From Takakia lepidozioides (taxonomy: Eukaryota; Plantae; Bryophyta): a stretch of DNA of 64,000 nucleotides. The stretch covers positions 17,236,001 through 17,300,000 of the forward strand of contig CM060734.1 in the NCBI GenBank assembly GCA_030704615.1, in the 5' to 3' direction. Under the pieces are notes generated by a model. It did not search any database and was not told where the DNA came from. It was given only the letters and a program-made list of their open reading frames with translations. A program made the translations under genes and the position numbers. Below, one piece after another: positions 49,696 to 62,300 of this stretch (its first letter is position 1; every line of letters starts with the position of its first letter).

Positions 49696-51085
49696 AATTT
49701 TGCCATTCAGCGTTTACAGCAAGTTTTAAAATTTAAACTTCCAGACATGGTAGGACAACATTGTATGCCCCAGAGGATTCCACAAAAAGTTCGATAGTTA
49801 AAACACCTGAGAGACGATGAGGATTCTGATACAACTGTTTCTTCAGCGGACTCTTTTGACATGGGAGAAGACTATGCAATTCAGATGGCAGAGAAGAAGC
49901 GACGGGGGTCTCCTATGCCTGAAAGATTACCTCGATATCAGCCTCCAGAGGGCCTCACATATCCAGGTAGTGTTCAATCATCTCCGTCAACCAGTGACAG
50001 ACCTCGGGCTCGTACACAGAGTCCTTCACGAAACTCTCAACGTCAAAAAGATGCTCGCTCACAAAGGTTTGCTAATCCCAATCAGTAAACCGTGAGGACA
50101 CGGTTTTTTGAGAGGGGAAGGGGTAATGTTAGAGGACTGTCTGGGACTTAGACACTTATACGGGATCGGTGGGGTACCCTTAATTTTTGCACAGACTGAG
50201 ACCAACAGGAGCCTTAGGGGTGACAGCAGCGCACTTTAGAGGGGGGTTACACAGCCCGTCACAGCCAACACAGCTCGTCACAGCCCGACACAGCCCATCA
50301 CAGCCAACACAGCCCGTCACAGTCCGACACAGCCAGACACAGCCAACACAGCTCGTCACAGCCAACACAGCCGTCATAGCCAGTCACAGCTTGACACAGC
50401 TGTCACGACCATAAGGAACGGATAGCAGGACAGGGAACGACTGTGGGGAACAACATCTGCGAATGAAACATGTTAGTACACGGATGACGGTTAGTGAGGG
50501 AAACGGTTAGAACAACGGGTAGGAAGATAAAGCCAGGAGCGAGGACGGGAGAAGGGCACTTCTTGGGGAATTCTGGGAGAAGGGGGGGGAGATCACTGGG
50601 AGAGGGGACTTCGGACATCACGGGAGGAAAGGAGGAGAGAGCGCATCTCTGAGCGGAAGGAGGGAGAGCACAGAGTAGGAGGAGGGCGATCTGTTGATGC
50701 TTAATGAATGCAAGCAGTAGAGTTGTAATGTAGAGCAGATTAGAGACTCCATGGCTTCAGCCTGATACTCGATAGATATTAATCTGATACATACTTCATA
50801 CTCACACTGTGTAGAGAGATCTGAGTGAAGCTGTGGAATAAATGGATGAGTTGATGGAATCCGATAGATTGCTGAAGCAAACTGATACTTAATTATCAAC
50901 AGTAAGGTAACTAGCTAACATGAATGCGGGAAGGAAAACAAATAGGAAACACCCCCATGATACACTAGCTGTAGGTCATGACTGATTATTCTGAGCGGGC
51001 TGAGTACTTAGAGATTTCCAACTCTTCTATCTTGGAGTTTCCGCCTCGGATAGCGAAGGGATGGGTGAGTAAAAGCCGCGTGACA
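49696..51085 (+). mobile_element. Inverted 3' end of element C: ORF C-terminus (49696-50088), PPT and 3' LTR (50127-51085)
   Basis: NFAIQRLQQVLKFKLPDMVGQHCMP continues the ORF broken at 55189; TGTTAG...GTGACA LTR abuts transposase coding sequence. Confidence 0.88.
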
Positions 51086-52706
51086 ATGGCAGCCCATGAC
51101 ACGTATCAGGGAATTCCACATGAGCTTCTGGGATTCCGTATCCTTGGATTGCATGTCACAAACTGCAATTGTCATAACTCGTTGGTACATTGGATCGTAG
51201 ACATGACAAGCCATTGTCGTCCAATCCTTCACTCGTTTCACATGATCAAACATAAGAAAACAGTTCTGCAAGTCCCCAGTCTTCTGCATCTGCTTCACGA
51301 GGCTAACCCCACTGCCCTCCCCAACAGTCGACATTTTGAAAAGAAAAACTTTGATGGCACCTTGACCTGGGAATACATTGTCCTGGATGTAATCGTACTT
51401 GCTCACTCGTTTCAACTCCAAAATGTTGTCTATGTAGCCTCTGATACCAGAGCCCATTCTTAATGCATTGATTTGATGCCGAATGTTAGGTGAACTCAAA
51501 GTGGAGAAATGATCCATGACCAGGTCCAATGCTGCACCGTCAAGTTTAGTCCCCACAGAATCCCCTTCGCTCAAAATATGGCTTTCCAAGAAGGACTTGC
51601 TTGCGCCAAGAGCAATTGCAGATGTTGTTGCGGATGGGTTTCTCCCGAACTCCTGTTTAATCTGTCTCAATACTATCCCTGTAATCCCCCTTCGAGACAG
51701 GATGGTTATGGAATCCGAAATGCACACAAGCTCTTGTCATTGTTTTCAAACGGTGGACAACATAGTACATTCTTGCTCCGCAGAGCGCCAAGCAGGATGA
51801 CACAAGTTTGCAGAATTTGCAGACAAAAGTGTTTGCCGGTGGTGGGGCAGTCCCAGGCTGAAATGGATTTTCCGCCAGACCCTCCCATTCGCTTTGATTA
51901 TGAACCCTAGACTAAAGAAAGTGTCTTCAATTCAAATTATCACACCTAAGGTGTCCATTGCAAACTGTTCTCCTGAAAACAAGTTTGTCATCATTCTGAA
52001 TATTGGATGTTTTTGTTCTGCACCACGGGTGCCCGTCGTGTTTCTTGTCCATTCCATGCATCATGATTGTTACACCTCCAACTCGAGGAGGAGGAGGCAG
52101 CTCGAATAGGATATCGCCATCAAAAGTCTCTGGCAAGAACTTCACAGGCATCTGCTTCAAAGATTCCCAATCAATTCCTCGCAACTTACTTTTGAATCCA
52201 ACCATTCCTCCCATCGCCCGTAATTTTGGAATGACACTGCAAATCTCTTCTTCATCAGCTTCTCCAACCACAGTAGAAAGGACTGGATTTGGAATTTCAC
52301 TTATGTCATCATCGGACGAATCCAAAAGCTCAACGATTGGAGTGGAGGACGTTTGTTCTTTTTTCAGCACCACCTCCCTCTTGTCTTCAACGACCGAAGC
52401 AGCAGTCCCGAGCGTCACATATGACCCAAGGGACTTTCGCCGAGGCTCTCCAAGTACTCTGTATCGACCAGGGCGCACTCTCCACTGGCTGACATGAGCC
52501 GTCTCATCACGGTTTTGGAAAGAGTATTTCAACAACTTCCCTTTCAAATCGTACACCTCTTTCTCCAAAAAGATGGGGCCATTCTGAAGCTGAAAATGGG
52601 TAGCCAAGACATGTTCCAAAACAATTGCAAATCCATTGTCAAGGACTTCCTGGGAGAACGGCACTGGTTTGTCGTCAAAGAAGAACTCCGCTTCAGAGGA
52701 AGCCAT
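51086..52706 (-). pseudogene. GCM-like MULE transposase N-terminal half, copy 4, cut by the Gypsy LTR
   Basis: KKHDGHPWCRTKTS, CNGHLRC, FPGQG, FKMS, MFDHVKR, IAVCDM. Confidence 0.87.
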
Positions 52707-53559
52707 CTTCCTTCCTCGCGTACGTTGATACCTTGCTATCGCAGACCTTCAGTGTAAATCGGTTTACTGATGTCTCCAGAACACAGTTGAAGAATAAACA
52801 GAGAATATGGCGGAGGAAGCTCAGACAACGACTGTGCATATTCTGTTATTCATTCCAGATATGCAGCCGTCCATTTTAATTACTTTTCTTGTGGGCCCAG
52901 TGGTCAGAGTATCCCTAGGAGCAATGTCGGCAGCTGTTAAACCGTTAATCAGAACCTCATCAATAAACACAATAACAAGCCGACTTCCTGGAAGCATGCC
53001 ACAGGATCTGAGGGTGGGATTGCAGATTAAGTAAATGTATCTTTATACTACTACCAATGATCATGCGCACCTGGAAAGTTCAAAATGTGAAACGAACGTG
53101 GGGTTGGCTAACAAGGATGACCGTGTATAATATCCCAAAATTTGTCATCAAACTCTCGTTCATTTACATATATTTGTCTAAGACTGTGCGCCAAGATTTC
53201 TGGGATTCGCTGTTATTTTTAAATATTGGAACCGTTCTAATAAAGAACACGCCGTTTATTTTGGGCGACACACGTCAGACATCGATAACTGAATACAAAC
53301 AGCTGTACACTAATTGCTAGCATGTGCACTAAGGGAACGACTATGTGTAACGGTCACGCGAGAGGGAATCCGATGCTTCTAGAGACAAGCAACAACGCAC
53401 GCAATCCCGCAAGAAATCGGGAGTCACTTCGTTTTTCTACTTTTCGCGCTTAGAGGGAGAGTGGTAGTCAAGCTGGAGAGGGTTCCTTCTACAATACGAA
53501 AGAGAAGAAAGTCTCTTTATTTTACTTCCCTTAGAGAGAGACGCAGAGCAAGAGAGCAA

Positions 53560-55183
53560 ATGACGAGGCGTCGTTTGTTGGAGAACACGGGGCCAAGGCA
53601 GCAGGTGAACGCGGAGACTGATTCACAAGAGCAAACCGAGACTGAGGCAGCGGCTGTGACACAGTCGGCAATAACAGTGCACGTTGGAAACCAGCCTGTG
53701 GATGCAGAGATGACTCGCAGGGAAACTGAAGGAGGTGGAAGTACGAGGAACGCTGAACCGGGAGAAGGTCCAGAAACCCTAGAGCAGACATAAATTCCAG
53801 CAGATGTGAGAGGGAAGAGGACAGTTGCAGAAGGGGATCCAATTTCAAAACCTAAGAAGGCGCCAATAAGTTTTCTCTAACTTACATTTCATTGTTGAAG
53901 ATCTGCGTAGATATTGAGTGGAATGTCCCAGAAAGGGATTGTCGCTACCGACCATCACCATGAAACAACGGTGATTTGCTTTCTACTCCTCTGTTAAGGG
54001 TTTACAGCACAATGAGTGGGTGACTGACGGTACCGTCATTCACTGTTGTTCAGATCATACAGTCTGTCTGATTGCCTTTCAAGCAGTCCTTCCTCTTCCC
54101 TTCTTTAGCAGGAACATGTGATTGAAGTCTACTGAATTGCGAGCGTCGTTAACGCCATTCGATTCTCCTCATGAGATTTATGTACCTATGTGTTTGAAGA
54201 GAGAGTGAGGGTCGGCATATTCAGTCATAATGTATTGCAATGCATTTTCTTTGTATGAGGTTGAACAGATAGAGAAGTGGAAAGGCGATACCGCCAATCA
54301 AAGATTTGAAGACCATACTGTAGATTCAGGTAGAGTATCGATTGGAAAGTACTCTCGACATAGACAAGAAACCGTGAATGCTTGCGACGGTAATCACAAT
54401 GGAGTCAATCTGAATAATCTGCACTTACTGTCCGCCCTAAACTATACTGAATGTCGTTGCCGCCAATCACTTACACATATATGTCATTACACAACACCGA
54501 TCCGGCAGGTCCTTGTCTTTTGTGATTGTCGTTAACGCCGTTCGCTCTCGCTCTCGCTTTTGTTTTGAATTCGGCAGGATCAGCTTTGTTTGTGTAGATG
54601 GTTCTGAATTTGTTTCACACCATTCATTGTGAGTTTCGTCGAGACAGAGTGATGGTCGTTACCGCCGTTCTATATGCACATTACTCAGTCAGATTTGAAT
54701 GGCATCGTGCAGAAAACTTTGAGGTCCAAGCCTACAGGATCAGAGGGGAAAGGATCTGGAGATGGGGACGAGTCTGGAAAAAGCTCAGAGAATAACGATG
54801 AAGCAGATGAATCTAAAGTGCACTACCTTGACAAGGTGAAACAACTCATGTCATTCCAGAAGGTAAACCCTCAGGAGGTTATAAGGGACATGCTCGTATC
54901 TGGAGGGCGTCTGGACATCCCTCTGTGCCGGATGATATCTATGCATGTTGTGCGTCCACCTCTTTCCCATGACATAACAAAATTGGAGAGTGATTTCGTG
55001 CATGGATACAGACTTGGTGCACAAGTTTTTTATGTGTCACTGACGGATATAAATGGGAAAAGCACATTAGTGTCTCCATAGATCAGTGATACCTGGGATG
55101 AGTGCTGGAAAGATGCCAATGAGGAGTGCGAGCTGGGCCTCATGATGGGAAAGAACACCCAACAATTCTGCAACCACATGTTC
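53560..55183 (+). pseudogene. 5' part of the ParB-MTase gene copy 4 (start tentative; intron ~53870-54691 with degenerate palindromes)
   Basis: LDIPLCRMISMHVVRP...GYRLGAQVFYVS...NHMF matches copy 1 LRIPLCRLVSLQVVRP...GYRMGSAAFYVS...KMF. Confidence 0.8.
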
Positions 55184-55188
55184 TAAGA

Positions 55189-58100
55189 CCCTGAGCTCCT
55201 TGTCTATCCAGGTGAGTGGGGTACCAATGACTTGTGAATTGTGCAAGTATTTCCATCCCTCATGTCCCTTAAAGAAAATATCGTCAGGGCCGAATTTCTG
55301 TGTTGACAAATTGTTCCAGGCCGCATGAAACTATGAACGAATTTGAGAATCCTTTTGCATCATAACTTTTGCCTCATATAGGTACATATGAGGTGGCACT
55401 GAAGGTAAGACCCAATGATCCCCACTGGAATAACTCAGAATGCGCGATTGCATCTTGTGCTGCTCAATGTGATAACATACCAGAAAACAAGCAGCGTAGT
55501 ATAACCCACAGCCCATGACAATACTTGCTACCTCCTTGGTCTTGGTATAAATGAATCCATGTACAACTTGGAAGGCAATTAATTCCTTCAACATGGTACT
55601 TGCCTCATGCCAGTACTGCGCAAAGTGATGATCCTCAATGGGTCGATTGTTTGGAAGAACCTTAGTTCTAGTTGCCACTGGCAGCCAAATGCGCATGATT
55701 TGATAGTAATGTGCCAATGACTGCGGAGGACTAAATTCTTTCCAAGCCAAATCCAACACAATGGGAATTTGGTTGAAGGGCATAATCATAGCCCTACTGT
55801 ACTCCCTTGCAGCTGGAGTTTTAGGTGGGTTAAAAATAGCATTTCCCCATACCTCAGGCTGTGGTGGCTGTGGTGTGGCTGTAGTAACAACAGGGTCAGC
55901 TACTGGCACAATGACTTGTTGTGGTGTTGGTGGCACTGGCTCTTGTACCATTTGCATCTCCTGCACCTCCTGTGAAGAAGACTGAAAAGCCAAAGTTCTC
56001 GCTTTTAAATAAGAAGCCATTAGCTGTTCCTCAGGTACATAGACTCTCTTGTCGATATTTGAAGTGAGGTCCTCCACTTGAGTCTGCAGGCCGTCTACAT
56101 CCTCCTATAACTCCGCTATCCTACTATAGACATTGTCTATAGTAATTGTGGCAATGTTCTGCACTTGCAGTCTGAGCTCATTCATCTCGCTTTGGGTGAG
56201 CTTTCGTGGTGCTTTGCCCTCCACTGGCCCTTGTGCTAACCAGACCTGCATAAGGTGTTTATCCACCAAGTTGCTTGTGGTACCTCTGAGAGTTTGCTCC
56301 TCTCTGAGTTTGTATATCTCTAATTGCTGTTGTAAAGCCTCCATGCGCTTTGCATGAGGTTCAACCAAATTCGCATAGGCAGCAAGCAGATTATTGGCTT
56401 CCTTCCAAGCCTTGTTAATGACAGAGATTTCATTTCTATTAGCCATGACCGTTTGTTGCAACTCCAGGATGTGCCTCTCTTGGTCAGCTTCAACCTGCCT
56501 GTATTGCTTGAAAGTATCCTCATTGCGACAGATTGTATTCTTCATATCGACAATGAGTTTCACTTGCTCAACATTCTCTGCCTCTGCCTTCGTACATCTT
56601 TCCGCTTGACTGTTTATTTCTATTGTAGATTGGTCAAGCATAGTTGTGAGTGTAGCACATTGGATGGCCATCCTGTCATGCACTGTCTGCAACTCCGTAT
56701 GTAGTGCATTCACTTGTTGCAACTTGCTTTCATGCTTCACCTGCATTTGGTATAGCTGTTGCTTATGTGCTTCGTGCAACTGGTCTTGCGCGAGGCCTGC
56801 CTCAATCAATTGTTCCTTGGCCAACTGCAAAGCCGCTTCTGTACTCTCCAAGTCTTGCTGCATCTTGAGAGTGACCTCTTCATCGACCTTGTTTGCACAC
56901 TCTGTGGCAAGTCGAGCCTCAAACTCCTTCCTGAGTTCCTCCCTCAAAGCTGCCAATTGAGTAGTGGGAACATGGGATTTGACATAAGTACCCAACAGAT
57001 TAAGTGCCCTGCTTATGGAACTCATAAGCATGGCCTGTTGAGGGTCATCTTGGTGAGCTTGCTGCTGTTCTCCCTGATCCTCAACAGTGTGATGCCTTAC
57101 GAACCACTCAGGCCATTGCCCCACCAGATTTTCTTCCTGAACCACTTCATCCGTCACCGGTGCTGCAGTGTCTTGACATTCTACCTGTGGTACCTCCGTC
57201 ACAGGTGTGTGTATTATATGCACCGCAGGGTTTCCCTTGGACAATTGTTGCACCTCCGGAATCACTGTGTCCTTGACCATACCAGAATATTCATAGAGAA
57301 GGTCCCCCTTCTCAATTTCTGCCACCACCTGTTCTGTAGTGGGAATATCTAACCCTTCTTTTTCCAAATCAATTATTTCTGGTGGAACTGCATGGACAAC
57401 TTGTGGTAACTCTGTGACAAGCCGATCATCTAGCTGTGATGGCTGTGATACTGAAGTAACTTCCTCTTCCCTCTCTGAAGGTCCTGCTTCCAGTAATAGC
57501 AGTTCTCTGTGCTGCTGTGCCCCTTCCAGCACAAGAGCTTGGGAAACATTATCATGCGGATTCCGTGAAGCCAGTGGATCCGCCACTACAGTTTTTCCCC
57601 GCCTCTGTCTCTTAGTCTCGGGTTGCCCTGCCAGTCCACCCTCACTGTGTGAAGAGCCTTGCTCTTCCATTGCAGTGGTTTCTGGCTCAAACACTCCCAT
57701 CTCTTTTCTTTCTCGAGAATCAAGTATGCCAGAATCAAGAATTATTTTAGCAATGATTGGGCCAGACACTATGATAGGAGACTTTGCGGCAGTACCCTGT
57801 AAGTGCGTTGTACATCATGTCCGCCCATTCTACCTCTTCTCCTTTTAGGGCTTTGAGTATTTCTTCTGTGAAGGATCTGTTCAAATACTGTTGGTTCTGT
57901 TTCATGGCAAACAGAACGTTCAATACCTGGCCTACCTCCCTTAGCCCTGGGTACACGGCCTTGGTACAAGCATAACCCTGAGTTTTAAATAAACTCCCTT
58001 CTTGGAATAAGTCCCCTATTTGCAGTCTTGCCCTGTGCTCCTCCACATGCACCTGACCTGCTGGCAATCGAAACAATTGTTGTAGGTATAGGGGAGTAAT

Positions 58101-58307
58101 TACTAATTCAACTCCCTTCACCGTTGTTACTCCTGTCCTTGGCTCAAAGTTCTGCAAGAATTGTAACATGTACTGTCTATGGTGCAATGTCCAATCTTTG
58201 CTTTGCAATCCTTCCAATCGCAGCTCCTTCAGTAACTTTACCGCCTGTGGAGTAGCAATCGTTTGTTTCTGCAGGATTGTGGTGCTCTTCACCCTGATTT
58301 CTTCCAT
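55189..58307 (-). pseudogene. Extra 3' ('env-like') ORF of element C
   Basis: MEEIRVK... through a long coiled coil to the WLPVATRTKVLP domain; a few stops and frameshifts. Confidence 0.82.
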
Positions 58308-59034
58308 TCCTCTCACTCTCTTCATTCTAGACCCACAGAAATGTTTTGGCTGTAACAATTGAAGAAATGCCTGCAGGGCACAAAGCATAAACGTATGGTT
58401 GCCACAAAAAGCTATGGGTAATTTCTTGTAAGCCTGCGGGGCTTGCAAGCATCGATCAAGAGAAAAGATCCGCTCTGTTCTTTCGTCCCTATGCCACTGC
58501 GTAAGTAATATTGCGAGCGTATAGTCTGTTAGTTCCTCCATAGCTTCAAAGCTATAGCATTGATGGTTTGTCCCGTCGAGACGCCCGTTACTTAGAACGA
58601 CGCCGACTCTTGCGCTTAAATTCCCTCCAATTTCTTGATCCCTTTTCTGGCTTTCGATTGGCTGTAACCGCTGTGACTGGATTTTAGATTTAATTTTCTT
58701 TAGTGGACTTTCCCTGCTGGACTGTCCACTAGGATAACACATGTGACAAGAATTTCGCTTTTTTGTACTTGCCGTTTGTTCTGTTGCCCCTTTTCCGTAT
58801 TCATTAATGGGCCCGCCATTCATCCGAATTGACGTGCTAATTAGGTATTTTGACGGCCATTCTTGTCCTCTTTCTTGATGACATCTGTTCTTGCACTTCC
58901 TTCTCAGCTGTGTGTTGCGCCTTGACTTCCACGTGTCCCTTTCTAAACTGGCTTCCGTCCTTTCTTCCGCCGGCCATTTCCGTGAAGTTATCCTGCGTCC
59001 ACCTGTCACTGATTCTATGGATTGTGTAACCCTA

Positions 59035-59285
59035 GTAGGCTGTGTTAAGCTGTGACAGGCTGTGTCATACTGTGGTACGCCGTGATAGGCTGTGATACAC
59101 TGTGGTAAGCTGTGATAGGCTGTGACACGTTGTGGTAGGTTGTGATATGGTGTGTCGCGCCTTGATGGGCTGTGATAGGCTGTGTCACGTCGTGATGGAC
59201 TGTGACAGGCTGTGTTGCGCCTTGATGGGCTGTGATAGGTTGTGTCGCGCCTTGATGGGCTGTGATAGGCTGTGTCGCGCTTGTT
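59035..59285. repeat. ~10-bp GGCTGTGAYA minisatellite between pol and the extra ORF
   Basis: Tandem CTGTGATAGG-type units. Confidence 0.9.
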
Positions 59286-59399
59286 CTGCCCGCCCTGGTC
59301 ATATATGCTCGGCCTAGCGACAAGTGCTCCATACTCCTTTGGTAACACTGGCGCAGCCCGTGACTGCTTTTGCGTTTCAACATGCAAATCATGCTGCAA

Positions 59400-62300
59400 T
59401 GGTTTGTCATGGATACCACTGTACCCTTCAACTTATTGGCATTGACTCTTCCCAGCATTTCTTTGTTAATGGTTTGTAACATGGCGGTGTTGTTATCATA
59501 CATCTTTTGTATGACATAAGGTCATTTCCATGGTGATTTAAGCTTAGAAGCTTTAATCTTTCCCTTCTTCTGCAACCATAGAACCAAATCTCCCGTCTTA
59601 AAAGTCTTTAACTTGCCTTCATCAAACTGTTCCTTCTTTTCATCTGAATTCTGGTCATATTATCAGCTGCATCAGCACGTACTTCTTCCACATGGTATAA
59701 TTCATGTTTCCTGACCTTAATGGAATCTTGCAATTCCATTCTCTTTCCCCATTCCGTTCTCATGGTAGGTAACAGGAATTCCACTGGAAGTAAAGCTTCC
59801 ATACCATAAACTAATTGGAATGGTGTATACTTAGTGGTGACTTTATATGAAGTCCTGTATGACCACAAAGCTGTCAGCAGCTTTGTATCCCAATCCGTTC
59901 TGTTTGCATTGACTATCTTAGCCAAGATAGTACATAGTATTTTGTTGGTAGCCTCTGCCTGCCCATTACCCTGTGGGTAATATGTTGTACTCTTCCTATG
60001 CACAATCATGAACTCTTTAGTCAATAATTCAATGGTCTCATTAATGAAGTGACTTCCCTGATCACTGATAAATTCCAAGGACAGCCAAATCGTGTAAGTA
60101 TGTTCTCATACAGGAACCTTGCTGTGGACTTGGCTGTGTTGTCCCTCAAAGCTTTAGCTTCCACCCACTTCGTAGTATAATCAGTGGCTGTAATTATGTA
60201 CCTGTTCTGTGTATTCTTGGCTGGTGGGTTAATTGGTCCAACAAAGTCTAGTCCCCATTTCTGAAATGGTTCCGTAGGCATTGTAGGATGCAAAGCCATC
60301 TTCCCAGATCTCTGCAAAGGTCCTAGCCTCTGACATTCATCACAACTCTGACAATACTTGTGTACATCTTTGAACAAAGTAGGCCACCAGTAACCTGCAT
60401 GTAGTATTTTCCTGCTGGTAGTCTCTTCTCCAAAATGACCTCCTGCCACTCCTTTATGAACTTCCTCCAAAACTTTATTAACTTCATGGTGGTATAAGCA
60501 TCGCTTCAGCACTCCATCTGGTCCTAGCTTATACATTCTGCTCCCTACCATAGTGTAAGGTAGAGCCTTGATAGCAATTCTCTTTCTCTGCTCCTTTCCA
60601 TAACTTGGTGGGCACTGACCATGAGCAAGGTAGTATCTGATTGGCCACTGCCAATCTAACCAGTCATCTGCACTTCCCTGCACCTCCACTGCAAATAGAC
60701 TCGCATCTGGTAATTGATCATCTACTCCCGTGGCTGGTTCTCCTGTTGATAACCGTGACAAGTGATCCGCCACAAGATGCAGCCTCCCAGGCTTGTAAAC
60801 AACCTCGAACTCAAACTCGTGCAAGATTATCAACCATCTTGCTATTCTTCCGCTTATCAGAGGTTTGTTTACCAGGTATATCAGAGCCTGGTGATCCACA
60901 TAGAACATAAACTTCTTGCCCAACAGGTAATGCCTGAATTTCTTCACTGCATAGATCATTGCCAATGCTTCTCTTTCCGTTGTGCTATAATTTCTTTCGG
61001 CATTGTTCATCAATCGGCTAGCATAGTACACAGGTGAATCTATCCTTCCTGTAACATTTTGGGCTAACACTGCTCCTAGTGCTTCTCCAGAAGCATCACA
61101 GTGAACATGAAATATTTCCTGCCAGTGAGGATTAATCAGCACAGGTGTAGTTGTTACTGACAATGTAAGTTCCTCAAAAGCCTGTTGACATTCAGGTGTC
61201 CATGCAAACACTGCATCTTTCTTCAGAAGTTTGCTCAATGGTGCTGCTATCTGTGCATACCGTCTGACAAATCTTCTGTAATAGCTGGTTTGTCCAAGGA
61301 ATCTCCTTAGACTCTTAACATTCACTGGTGGTGGAGAGGCTTTAATGGCCTCTGTTTTCCTGGGATCCACAAGAAGTCCCCTCTTACACACAATGTGTCC
61401 CAGAAGCACCCCTGAGTTCACACAGAAAGTACACTTCTCTGGATTCAGGCCCAGACCTCTCATCCTGCATCTGGCCAAACATAACTCCAATTTATGCAAG
61501 TGCTCATTCTTAGAGCTGTACACATTGAAATCATCCAAGAACACCTGCATGACTTTGTATGCATAAGCACCCCAGTCTGTGATGAAAGCTGTCTTTCCTT
61601 GGTCTTCTTCTGCCACTTGCACTTGATTATAACCACTGAAGCCATCCATGAATGAGTACATCTCATGGCCTGCCACAGTGTCTAATACTGCTTCTGTGAA
61701 TGGCAAAGGGAAAGGATCTTTCTTCGTACAAGCATTCAGCTTCTTGTAGTTCACACAAACTCTTAGTTTACCATTCTTCTTGGGAACTATCACAATGGGT
61801 GACAACCAAGTTGTATACTCTATTGGGTATATAAACTTAGCCTCAGCCAACTTCTTGATCTCTTCTCCAACCTTCTGTGCGTAGTTGGGATTCATTCTGT
61901 ACCTTGCCTGCTTGATTGGTACTGACCCTGGTTCCAGTTCAATCTTATGCTGACAGATTTCAGGTGGTATCCCTTTTAGATCCTCATAGCTCCAAGCAAA
62001 TACATCTCTGTATTTGATGAACAAACTCTTAGCTTCTTCAAAGAATTCTGGCTCCAAATCAGCTCCTACCCACCATCCTCGGTTCCTCTTTAGTTCCCAC
62101 ATTCACTTCCCTCACTTGCTCATCAGCTGTGATTGTCCAACCAGTCACCACTTCATCCTGTAAACTCACAGTGGCTGGTTCCTCTAGGATTTCCATTTCT
62201 CCTTCTTTTTCTTCATAGAAATGTGATGGGTAACTGCTGGTTTCCTCTTCAATTGGTGTTGCTGACACTACACCACAGCAGATACCTTTAAACAACTTAG

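Noticed and set aside
58308-59399. N-terminal part of the 550-aa ORF (TAYHSPSRRD repeats)
   Set aside because: Read-through of the minisatellite and spacer; homology to element B starts only near 58250.
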